Below, piece by piece: positions 44,035 to 52,807 of a stretch of DNA of 64,000 nt; positions within the stretch are counted from its first letter, which is position 1; each line of letters begins with the position of its first letter. The DNA is from Candidatus Saccharimonadales bacterium (GTDB taxonomy: Bacteria; Patescibacteriota; Saccharimonadia; Saccharimonadales; Saccharimonadaceae), in NCBI GenBank assembly GCA_035247945.1, contig DATFHX010000019.1:3808-67807 (forward strand), given 5' to 3'. The notes below the pieces were generated by a model, which saw only the letters and a program-made list of their open reading frames with translations, was not told the DNA's origin and did no database searches. The position numbers and the translations under genes are program-made.

Positions 44035-45891
44035 TTACACGTTTTGCTTAGCGCGGTATTCCATCTTCGCGAGCAGTATCCCGCCGCCGACCATCAGGAT
44101 TGTAGCCGTCGATATAATACCGAACATCGATTGACCCGTACTTGCAAGTCTACAGGTAAATCCGAAGTCGAGCGTCATATTAGCGAAGTCGTCTGCGGTA
44201 CCCTGATCACTGACAGCAAGATCAGTCTCCCCTGTGGGTTCGACAGCGAATGGGCCAAGGTTAAGAGAACCTGTACGTACCGCGGTACCTGCCTTAGGAG
44301 GATCAATACCATTATCGTCGCTATCGATATTGTTCTCAGGATTCGCACTCTGCTTACTTCCAGTAGAACTCATACCACACGTAGATAAGGTTGGGTTATC
44401 TGTAAAGTTTGAGGTTACTACCTCTGTTTGATAACATCCTTCGTTCAGATTGTCGAACCTGTAGTGACCATCTGAATCAGTTGTCGTTGTCGTGATACGC
44501 GTACCATCACAGTCATAGAGGGCAACGACAACGTTACCAATTCCAGGATGGTCACCATCTGCGCCGTTAATATCTCCCGAGTTGTCTTTGTCGAGCCATA
44601 CGCGGTTTCCAAGGCTGTATGGATGCCAGAATCCAAAGTCGATCGTTTGATCAGATGAATCGTCGTTGTCGTCATCCGCTGGACTTGTCGTTGTCGCTGG
44701 CTCGGTGAAAACATTAAGGGTTGTTTGACTTGAGCAGAGGCCATTCGCTACCATCGTGCCTCCATCCGGAACGAGGCCGTGGCTTTGGTTGTCACTCCTC
44801 GAATTTCCCGTTACTCCACTTGGAACTGGTGAGGCACTGTAGCGACTCAGGAGTCCACTCGTTCCAAAATTACTAGGTGCCACACAGACAAAGTAATCGC
44901 CTGGGTCAAGATTAGTAAATTCATAGTATCCCGCCCTGCCACTTGTTGGAAGACCTGAGCGAGCATCGTTTGCCGTTTTTGTTGTCTTGAGCGCAGTCGC
45001 AGCAGCTAGTTCAGATGCACTAAGAACTCCGTCGTTATTTGTATCTGCTGTTTTTTCGTATAGATTCATCGATACGTTATTGAATCCTTGACCATCGTCC
45101 TTACCGTTCACGACACCATCATTATTCGCATCGAACCAAACAAAGTTACCGACAGACACTTTTGGCTGGAGTGGTTCCAATGTCCACCCGAAGAGCGGAT
45201 CGACCAGACCTGTTGGGTTAGCACAGTTCTTGTCAATGTCGTACTTGGATCCGTCCGGGTTAGTAAATGTTATAAGTGGTCGATCTTTTGGGCCATCCAT
45301 AAAGAACACAGGGTCAAGGTTTTCCTTTGTTGAGACACCCGAATTAATAAAGCTCGTCATAGTTGTCAGATGATTAGATGGATTCCAATCAACACGACCT
45401 TCTGCATCGTACTTACGAACAAGCTTTTCCCAGTACGAAACATCTGATTGCGCCTGACTCACACCACCGGTAATGGATGTGAACTGCGAGCCATTCTTAC
45501 CGAGCATTGTTTCAATAAGAAAGGCAGTCCCCTTCTGCTCGGTGGCGTCAGACCCATTAAGCGCATTTTTAATTTCTGCAATAAACTGGTCGACATTTGT
45601 AACAGCCATCAATGCGTCGTTACCACCAGGGTTTGCAAGTACGTTTGCAACGTCAATGCCGTTATTGTACTGATCCTGCCCCGTAAAGTATCCGTCACAA
45701 ATTGCCCGATTAAATGTCGACGGGCCGCCAACTGGACATGTTTGACTTCCGACATGACCCGCCGCAAACGCAGGCGATGTCACCATTATTCCTACAGCTG
45801 GAACCGCCACCGCAAACGCACAAATTCGTCCCAAACCGCTTCTAACCACATCTCTCACTATGTGTTTTACACGCATTTTTATTTCCCTCAC
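44035..45891 (-). CDS. Wall-anchored surface protein with two SdrD-B/Cna-B-like domains
   Basis: 618 aa. Signal peptide. GNFVWFDANNDGVVNGKDDG and GNRVWLDKDNSGDINGADGDHPGIGNVVVALYD...TDSDGHYRFDNL. C-terminus LASTG + TM + basic tail. Confidence 0.82.
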   Translation of the reverse strand: MREIKMRVKHIVRDVVRSGLGRICAFAVAVPAVGIMVTSPAFAAGHVGSQTCPVGGPSTFNRAICDGYFTGQDQYNNGIDVANVLANPGGNDALMAVTNVDQFIAEIKNALNGSDATEQKGTAFLIETMLGKNGSQFTSITGGVSQAQSDVSYWEKLVRKYDAEGRVDWNPSNHLTTMTSFINSGVSTKENLDPVFFMDGPKDRPLITFTNPDGSKYDIDKNCANPTGLVDPLFGWTLEPLQPKVSVGNFVWFDANNDGVVNGKDDGQGFNNVSMNLYEKTADTNNDGVLSASELAAATALKTTKTANDARSGLPTSGRAGYYEFTNLDPGDYFVCVAPSNFGTSGLLSRYSASPVPSGVTGNSRSDNQSHGLVPDGGTMVANGLCSSQTTLNVFTEPATTTSPADDDNDDSSDQTIDFGFWHPYSLGNRVWLDKDNSGDINGADGDHPGIGNVVVALYDCDGTRITTTTTDSDGHYRFDNLNEGCYQTEVVTSNFTDNPTLSTCGMSSTGSKQSANPENNIDSDDNGIDPPKAGTAVRTGSLNLGPFAVEPTGETDLAVSDQGTADDFANMTLDFGFTCRLASTGQSMFGIISTATILMVGGGILLAKMEYRAKQNV

Positions 45892-46002
45892 AGATAAGAC
45901 TACGGTTTTCTAGCCCCACCCACCAAAAAAGTTTTTTATATGTTCGTTTGTGTCGTTGGTTGCTTTCAGTGTAGCGTTAGCTACATCATTTTGCAATACT
46001 TT

Positions 46003-49000
46003 TTATGCTTTTTTACCTAATTTTCGGAGGCGCCATATAACAAGCGCAATAAGAATGAGTCCAAGAAGTCCAAGCCAAAGGTAGACGTAGTCCTTAATGA
46101 AGTACAAAACGGCACCGGTCGTCCCAGCAACTCCCCACCAGAGTGCCCACTGCTTTCTTGCAAGCGCACCAATAACAAGCAGTGTAATCTGCTCGACCAG
46201 GAACAGGAGCTGGTACCAGCCACCATGAGTAAGCGCCGAGGATGCGGTCGAGAGCGTAAGGATTGTTGCCGCTACTACGGGACGAGTCATACTATCGCGG
46301 CGCCATATGGAGGTACTGAGGAGTATAGTCGCCCAGAGGTGCGCATACAAAATGAAGGGAACCCCAGGCACCAAAAGTACACCGAGTCGCTGCAGTCCCG
46401 CTATGCCAAGATAGAGTCCAAGCTCCATCACCGCGCGCTGTTTTGAGAGATACCCTTGTAGAGCGACCGTTAAAGCGGCGACAACGAGCGTTATAGCTGC
46501 AGCAATTTCATGTGGGGTATCTGCAATAAGATACCAAATAATAACAACCGATAGTGTGATCCATGTCGAAAAAAGACCGGTCCAGTATCGAGTGATATCA
46601 TTGAGACCTCGATAGATCCATGACTGAAGATACGAGACGGCAGCCACTATCCAGAGTGAAGCGGCGAGCATCCACGCTTGATCCCATCCAAGCCAGTTCC
46701 AGGTATAAATGAGCCCGAAAAGGAGTACGGCGTTCCCGATCGCAGTGAGGAATGAAAGCCGTTCGATATGCGATGCAACCCAAAGCACTACAGTCGTAAT
46801 GCCATAGACCGCAACCAGCCATCCACCACCCTCCTGAAGTGCAAAGAGCCAGGCGAGTAGTAAGTAGGTTACATACCCTGCAGAGAGTATTGTCTTTATT
46901 CCTGAAGATAATGGACGAGACGTACGGATCACTAGAGCTCCTACAGATCCCAGAAGAAGCGCAAGAAGGCTATACTGCTGAATAACCGGAGTGGAAGCTA
47001 TATTAAAGACAAGACCAGCAAACACCAGCATGCCGATCGACAGCGCAAGTCGTCGACGTTCCACTTCCCCACGTTTCAAGTGTATAAGGTACGCTAATAC
47101 CGTAAGGAATACACCGCTTCCCACAACTGAGCTCGCATACCAATCGCCCCCATTTACGTCAAGAAGCCACACAGCGGCAGAAGCTACGAGAATACCGAGA
47201 CCAACTCCTTCAATGCTTGCCGAGCGGACTGTATATGAAGAAGCGATCCAGAAGACGCCACTAAGGAAGAGGGCGATAGCAAACACGAGAGTGTCGTATT
47301 GTAGCCACCAGCCAAGAATACCAATAAGAGCGAAACCAAACGCCGCACCCGAAAGAACGAGTGAACGAATATGCTGAGATGTACTTGCCTGCATCACTCG
47401 AAGAATTATTGTTCCAGCGAGACACACCAGACTCACAGCCGCGAACCAGCGACCTTCGGTGCCGCAAGGTCGTAGAATACTCATACCAGCAAGTGACGTC
47501 CATAATGCAATCTGCATCACCCAGGCTCGTTCACTATCAAATCTCTTCTGGTATACATACGCCGCACCGTAGAATAGAATACTCGCTACGCCAAGCACTC
47601 CTGCCCAGCGCCAAATCTCAAGTCCTCCCGATACTGACCATAGGGCATTAAGCATTCCTATGAGCGCAGCGCAGGTGACAAGACTCAGTCTCCACTGCTT
47701 CTCTATATGCGAAGCCGTCTCATAAAACAGCACAAGTATGCCGTAGACACCAACGAGCCATTCATTACCCGTTCCCAGTGCCATAATCCATGCGAGAATT
47801 CCATAGATTAGATAGGCGATTCGTGTTAATAGGAGAAGAATGGTATCTTTAGCACAAAGACGAACCCACAATAATCCGAGTGCTCCTGCAGTGAGGAGAA
47901 GTGTACTTGCGCGCATCGTTTCTATAGATCGGTCTACAAAAAGAAGTGAGAGACCGATAACTGCCATAAACATAACAAGGCCATTTCGCCGCATTCGTTC
48001 AGCGCGGAGATGGTGCACGAATGATCCTGCTGCAAGAAGGATACTCATTACGATAACCGACACGATAAGATGCCAGCGACTTCCTATTGAGGAATGCCAT
48101 ACCCATAGAGGGATTGAAATAAGTCCAGCAATAACCGCCGTTCCCTCGATAAGCGGGTCGGAAAATGCATATGAAAGAATAATTCCAGATACTCCTATAA
48201 GCGCAAATGAAAGACCTGTAAGGAAAGTGTTATCCGACAAGCATCCTGTTATAACGAGAAGTGTGACATAGAGTAAATATGCAGAAAGAAGCAGGGCTCG
48301 CAGTGGAGCATTCCGCCTACTAAGTGGGTGTCGTAGGGCAAAAGAGACGGCAAATGAAAGACCGGCAAAGCTCACTACTTCAATGAGCCACTTCCCGTCT
48401 TGCGTCGCGATCCAGTTACTTACCGTAAATGGAAGCCAAAGAGAAGCACCGAGCGCGGCGTAGAGCCACCCGGCATGTCGAAAGCGCTTTGCAGCCAGAA
48501 TACTGGTGCCTATTACTATAAAAGAATGGATAACCGAAAGGCTGGTCTGTACATGCAAGCCGAGTCCATATGGATAAAACGTGTTAGCGGCAAGAACAAG
48601 AATAGATGCGCCTGTAAAAAATGCTTCGTATTTCCTAGTCGTATCCTTAAGGCGCCGCAGACTAAGCAGAATACCTCCTACAGTGAGAAGTTGCAGGGAG
48701 AGGCTAAATAGGAACCCGTCATGATGCATCCAATCCCATATAAATAGAGTCAAGGTGAGGTATCCGAGACAGCGAAGGAGTATCTCAAACCCGTATGACC
48801 GTACTTGAAGCCAGGCAACAAAGTAGTGAAGCGTCGCTACGGTAAAGACAATTTCGTATGCGTGTACCGACATTTTGTCAGACACGTAAAGCGTAGCAAG
48901 TAACGCGAGTGGTGTGACAATCTGACCTGTCGCTTCTACGGGCTGGGAAAATACTTTTGGTAGCCAGTTTGGTCGAAGAAGCGAGCAGAGCGTTGCGAGA

Positions 49001-49866
49001 AGTGACACACCAATAAGGGCCACAAAATACCATACAAGCGGAAGGCTTACTACCGCCACACTACTACTTGCAAGAGAAAGAACGAAGGCAAGTGATATAT
49101 AGGAAAGAACTTGGCTGTTAAGTCGAATTGTTGCCACGACGTAGAAAAGGATTCCCACAATTGAAGTAATCCACCAGGAAGCTGCCGCCCCCATACCGCC
49201 AATGAGTGTTAACGCAACTCCAACGAATGGTAAGATGGCAAGGCCCGTACCGACAAATGCGATTGCTGCAGGACGAAGACGCTCTGATCTCGCATGGATA
49301 GCAAGTCCAAGTCCATAAAAAAGAATTACGACAATGATAAGGCCCGCGATCTTTACGAAGCTCGGCATTGCTGCTGCTACGAATGCTGCGGCGGCAGCTA
49401 CAAGAAGAAAACTCGCAGCGTAAAGAACAATATTTAAATTGCGAAGTGTAATACGTGCCTTCTCTGCTTCTAGTTCTGCAGGATCGAGTTTGAGCTCAGG
49501 CTCTATTTCAAGCGCCACTTCTGGGTCGACTTCGGTCGCCGAGGTTGTAGATCGTGCATATTGCTGAAGGAAGGGAACGTCATCTTCCGCCTCAACTTCA
49601 AGTTCGTCACCCACCTCATCTCCTGACAACTCGGGCGTATCGCTTTCAACGTCAGTGTTGGGAGCTCCTCGACCGACATCTATAAGCTCATCAAGTTTTT
49701 TGTTTGGCTTAATAGACTTGTTCTCAATCGCTTGTCGAATTGCATCTCCAAGTGAGCGATATCCATCCCAAAATCCTTGATTGTAACGGTCGCTTTCTGG
49801 TTTCTGCTTTGCGTTAAGCCATAAAATAAAGAAGATTACTGCCAGTATGAACCACAAAAACGCCAT
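46003..49866 (-). CDS. Giant (1287 aa) polytopic membrane protein, unknown function
   Basis: N-terminal TM, then an acidic linker (DVESDTPELSGDEVGDELEVEAEDD), then dozens of hydrophobic helices. Internal duplication: ...YLIYGILAWIMALGTGNEWLVGVYGILVLFYETASHIEKQ versus ...YLLLAWLFALQEGGGWLVAVYGITTVVLWVASHIERL. Confidence 0.8.
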   Translation of the reverse strand: MAFLWFILAVIFFILWLNAKQKPESDRYNQGFWDGYRSLGDAIRQAIENKSIKPNKKLDELIDVGRGAPNTDVESDTPELSGDEVGDELEVEAEDDVPFLQQYARSTTSATEVDPEVALEIEPELKLDPAELEAEKARITLRNLNIVLYAASFLLVAAAAAFVAAAMPSFVKIAGLIIVVILFYGLGLAIHARSERLRPAAIAFVGTGLAILPFVGVALTLIGGMGAAASWWITSIVGILFYVVATIRLNSQVLSYISLAFVLSLASSSVAVVSLPLVWYFVALIGVSLLATLCSLLRPNWLPKVFSQPVEATGQIVTPLALLATLYVSDKMSVHAYEIVFTVATLHYFVAWLQVRSYGFEILLRCLGYLTLTLFIWDWMHHDGFLFSLSLQLLTVGGILLSLRRLKDTTRKYEAFFTGASILVLAANTFYPYGLGLHVQTSLSVIHSFIVIGTSILAAKRFRHAGWLYAALGASLWLPFTVSNWIATQDGKWLIEVVSFAGLSFAVSFALRHPLSRRNAPLRALLLSAYLLYVTLLVITGCLSDNTFLTGLSFALIGVSGIILSYAFSDPLIEGTAVIAGLISIPLWVWHSSIGSRWHLIVSVIVMSILLAAGSFVHHLRAERMRRNGLVMFMAVIGLSLLFVDRSIETMRASTLLLTAGALGLLWVRLCAKDTILLLLTRIAYLIYGILAWIMALGTGNEWLVGVYGILVLFYETASHIEKQWRLSLVTCAALIGMLNALWSVSGGLEIWRWAGVLGVASILFYGAAYVYQKRFDSERAWVMQIALWTSLAGMSILRPCGTEGRWFAAVSLVCLAGTIILRVMQASTSQHIRSLVLSGAAFGFALIGILGWWLQYDTLVFAIALFLSGVFWIASSYTVRSASIEGVGLGILVASAAVWLLDVNGGDWYASSVVGSGVFLTVLAYLIHLKRGEVERRRLALSIGMLVFAGLVFNIASTPVIQQYSLLALLLGSVGALVIRTSRPLSSGIKTILSAGYVTYLLLAWLFALQEGGGWLVAVYGITTVVLWVASHIERLSFLTAIGNAVLLFGLIYTWNWLGWDQAWMLAASLWIVAAVSYLQSWIYRGLNDITRYWTGLFSTWITLSVVIIWYLIADTPHEIAAAITLVVAALTVALQGYLSKQRAVMELGLYLGIAGLQRLGVLLVPGVPFILYAHLWATILLSTSIWRRDSMTRPVVAATILTLSTASSALTHGGWYQLLFLVEQITLLVIGALARKQWALWWGVAGTTGAVLYFIKDYVYLWLGLLGLILIALVIWRLRKLGKKA

Positions 49867-49992
49867 GTCACCCCATCTCTCTATGCGACTCTTTGGTCAC
49901 TTAATTATGGATATAGTACCGTAAATTGTCGTATTTTACCATAGCCAGAATAAAGCACAAGAGTACTGAGAAATGCACATACTGTCAGAGTA

Positions 49993-50346
49993 TTATGTCT
50001 TGGCGATTTTTGTCTCATTCGGATTGAGAATCACCACATGCTTATAGTCATCTGGATCTTCATACCCCATGAAGTTGGTACGAATTACAATAAGCTTCTG
50101 CTCACTCGCCTCTTTAATAACACAGGGGTGCCATGCCTGATCGTCAGTGTCGAAGTAATTCCATACTCCCATAAGTGTCGACAGCCCCTGTTCGCGAACA
50201 ACCCGTTCCGCTTCAGCTCGATCTACTGTTCGTGAAATGAGATATCCAAAGAGCGTTTCCGCTTGCCAACCTGCACCACTCGGCTCAATAAAACCAAGAA
50301 GCTCACCGTCGTCTTCTCGAATAATAGGAGTTCTCTCTTGAGTCAT
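49993..50346 (-). CDS. Hypothetical protein
   Basis: 117 aa. AGGAGG lies immediately upstream of the ATG. No motif recognised. Confidence 0.6.
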   Translation of the reverse strand: MTQERTPIIREDDGELLGFIEPSGAGWQAETLFGYLISRTVDRAEAERVVREQGLSTLMGVWNYFDTDDQAWHPCVIKEASEQKLIVIRTNFMGYEDPDDYKHVVILNPNETKIAKT

Positions 50347-50362
50347 CCTCCTAGTATACCTG

Positions 50363-50830
50363 CTACGAAGTGAAAGCTGCTAACACTTCCTCACTCGGTT
50401 CATATCCCGCAACCCAAACACGTCGGTCTGCTTTATGAACCATTACTGGATGGTGTGCACGTTCGGTCGTGTCCACGCGCCAGTAACAAAGATACCGTTT
50501 CGATTGGTTAAATCTCCATATTCCCATAAGATGTTCTTCGTTCAGCCCCAGCGCTTCGAAATGTTTTGTGAGAAACTCCATAACCATTTCCGGATTGGTT
50601 AGCTCAATATTCTTTACACTCTTAACTGTTATGCGCCCAACGATTGGCCCTGAAGACTCTTTTAAATACACGGTATCGCCGTCGGCAAGCTTCTGGTATG
50701 GTGCGGTGCGATTCGTTGTGAACTTAAATCCGAGCCTCTTCGATCCACTCAATATCTGGGCAATTACATCGTGCCCAGCCACCTTTTTGTTGTAGATGAC
50801 CATATGATTCATACGTTCATTTAACCACAC
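50363..50830 (-). CDS. ASCH/PUA-like domain protein (tentative)
   Basis: Pattern ..IAQILSGSKRLGFKF.......LADGDTVYLKESSG.IVGRITV.. resembles ASCH. The true start may be ATG at 50803. Confidence 0.45.
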   Translation of the reverse strand: MWLNERMNHMVIYNKKVAGHDVIAQILSGSKRLGFKFTTNRTAPYQKLADGDTVYLKESSGPIVGRITVKSVKNIELTNPEMVMEFLTKHFEALGLNEEHLMGIWRFNQSKRYLCYWRVDTTERAHHPVMVHKADRRVWVAGYEPSEEVLAAFTS

Positions 50831-50904
50831 ACCTTACTTGCGTGAAATATGCTTCGTATGATAAAAATAAACTCGTACACTCACCCTGTCGACTGGAGGC
50901 GTAG

Positions 50905-51408
50905 GTGAAGACTGCATTTCTGCGGGCTGGCAACATCAAGGAGCTTGGCCGAATCTATGGACAGGTCGACGAACCTGGAAGTCCTCTAAAAGCGTTTCCG
51001 GATGCGGTTAAGGACTCGATCCATCTAAGGAAGCCTGTCCTCTGCATTCCCGAAGGTGATGTCTCACTCTTCACGTTTCAAGCGCGCTCAATCTATACCA
51101 CAAAAAGCCCTGAGAGAGGGACACTGTGGACCTGTATCATTGAGGTCTTCAGTGGCGACTCACCCTTCCAGCTCGCGTGCACCCGAGATATTCCGGTTGT
51201 CTACATGAGGAGTAACGGCATTGCCGAACTTCACTGTGAGGATCGCCTCGTCGCAGAGGTATCCAAGGTGAGCAAGCGTGGCGTCACCTTGGAGTTCCTG
51301 GGTGGCGAGACCAGACAGTTTCAGTCCATCGAAGGCGCTCATGTCGGTAAAGTCCTCACTTTGCGGAGGACCGTCAAAGATCGCCTGATCGTCCTGCAGG
51401 ACGTGTGA
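50905..51408 (+). CDS. Hypothetical protein (GC-elevated orphan)
   Basis: 167 aa. GTG start 5 nt after GGAGG. Followed by a GC-rich hairpin. Confidence 0.55.
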   Translation: MKTAFLRAGNIKELGRIYGQVDEPGSPLKAFPDAVKDSIHLRKPVLCIPEGDVSLFTFQARSIYTTKSPERGTLWTCIIEVFSGDSPFQLACTRDIPVVYMRSNGIAELHCEDRLVAEVSKVSKRGVTLEFLGGETRQFQSIEGAHVGKVLTLRRTVKDRLIVLQDV

Positions 51409-51413
51409 GGTAC

Positions 51414-51441
51414 CTCGGCGGCCCCTAAAATGGCCGCCGAG
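51414..51441. terminator. GC-rich hairpin between convergent genes (no U-tract)
   Basis: ctcggcggcc-cctaaaat-ggccgccgag. Confidence 0.5.
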
Positions 51442-51458
51442 ATTACCCAGTTCAGCCC

Positions 51459-51944
51459 TTACCTTGGGCTGTTTTGTTTATTCCGCCTCTCTACAATCTT
51501 TGCATATTCGTAAACTTGTCGCTCTGAAAAGCTTTCCGAGTCTTTAAACAGTCGTGGATCAATAAACGCAATTTCATCCCCGTCCTCGCCAGGAGAAAAT
51601 TTCATATTCGCTGGCGTTATAGCAAAGATAAGTCGGAGCTGCCACCATGAATGGCCCTGTATAAAGCGTGGTTCTTCAGCCTCAAGAATTGAGTATTCGA
51701 AATCACCTTCAAGGCTGACTTCTTCATACATTTCCCTGGCAAGCGCGCTCCTTATAGTCTCTTCATGATCCATCCCGCCTCCGGGTAAGTCCCATTTACT
51801 CTCTCTACCCGTCTCTTTGACGACAAGGACCTCGCCTTTATCATTTTGAATGAATCCCTTAAGCGATATCCGGTAGAGAAAGTCTGTCTTTCGTGCTGAA
51901 GCTGCGTGATGGACTACGCCATGTACATTTTCTTGATCTATCAT
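51459..51944 (-). CDS. NUDIX hydrolase
   Basis: 161 aa. Nudix box GGGMDHEETIRSALAREMYEEVSL. Confidence 0.87.
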   Translation of the reverse strand: MIDQENVHGVVHHAASARKTDFLYRISLKGFIQNDKGEVLVVKETGRESKWDLPGGGMDHEETIRSALAREMYEEVSLEGDFEYSILEAEEPRFIQGHSWWQLRLIFAITPANMKFSPGEDGDEIAFIDPRLFKDSESFSERQVYEYAKIVERRNKQNSPR

Positions 51945-51984
51945 GTTCTACAGTATATCGCTTATGTATATGTTGTGTATATAA

Positions 51985-52019
51985 ATGAGCCCTGTGATGT
52001 ATATAGTCACAGGGCTCAT
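51985..52019 (-). terminator. Hairpin terminator after 52027..52320
   Basis: 13-bp perfect stem atgagccctgtga/tcacagggctcat. Confidence 0.6.
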
Positions 52020-52026
52020 AGGGGGG

Positions 52027-52320
52027 TTACTGCCAGGCGGCTCCACTGATATGACGCCGAAAAAGCGTAAGTGTGGCAGCACGCGTCATGACACCGAGCG
52101 TGTCGAGCGCATCGAAACTCAAGCTCCACGTCGGACCCTTCTCATCCGCCTTGGGTCGTACTTCAACCTCCCAGTAGAAGACGCGGCGCTGCTCAAATGG
52201 ATCGTCGGGGACGCACACGTGCATGATGACACCAGCCGAATGGCCAAGTGCGGCTACAACCTCACGGCCCGCCAACTGAGCATTCAGCTCACCACGAAGT
52301 GCTTTAACTCCAAACAGCAT
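52027..52320 (-). CDS. Hypothetical 97-aa protein, tandem paralog A
   Basis: Shares AL.GEL...L.GREV...H..G.I..VC.PD....RVF.WEVEV.P..D..G.W..SF..LD.L...RAA.LT.FRRH.S...W with 52434..52724. Confidence 0.6.
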   Translation of the reverse strand: MLFGVKALRGELNAQLAGREVVAALGHSAGVIMHVCVPDDPFEQRRVFYWEVEVRPKADEKGPTWSLSFDALDTLGVMTRAATLTLFRRHISGAAWQ

Positions 52321-52398
52321 CCTCTACACCCTTCGCTTGGTCAAACCCTACCTATGCACTATACCATTCCTTCATTTTAGATACGTTACCGAATGAAA

Positions 52399-52430
52399 TA
52401 TGTGCCTCGGCATTACTACCGAGGCACATA
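52399..52430 (-). terminator. Hairpin terminator after 52434..52724
   Basis: 12-bp perfect stem tatgtgcctcgg/ccgaggcacata. Confidence 0.6.
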
Positions 52431-52433
52431 GGA

Positions 52434-52724
52434 CTACTCCCAAACAACATCACTGAGGTGACGTCGGAAGATCGTAAGTATTGCCGCTCGCCTTATGATG
52501 TCCAGCCTGTCGAGTTCACTGAAGCTCATACCCCACGTGCCCTGGCCATCATCTGGAGTAGGCTGTACTTCCACCTCCCAGAAAAAGACACGGGCTTGAT
52601 ATTGCTGGACGTCCGGCGGGCATACGCGGATGATCTCTCCTGTTGGATGAAGTGGTGACTGTGCCACTTCACGCCCCACCAGTAGTCCACTCAGTTCCCC
52701 ACAGAGTGCATCAATCACAGTCAT
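52434..52724 (-). CDS. Hypothetical 96-aa protein, tandem paralog B
   Basis: See paralog A. AAGGA SD 5 nt upstream of the ATG. Confidence 0.6.
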   Translation of the reverse strand: MTVIDALCGELSGLLVGREVAQSPLHPTGEIIRVCPPDVQQYQARVFFWEVEVQPTPDDGQGTWGMSFSELDRLDIIRRAAILTIFRRHLSDVVWE

Positions 52725-52807
52725 GACACATCCTTATTCGAAGCGGCTCCTACAAAAGAAACTATAGCAGTTTTAACATCACCAGTGCTATACTGAAAGT
52801 ACACGTA

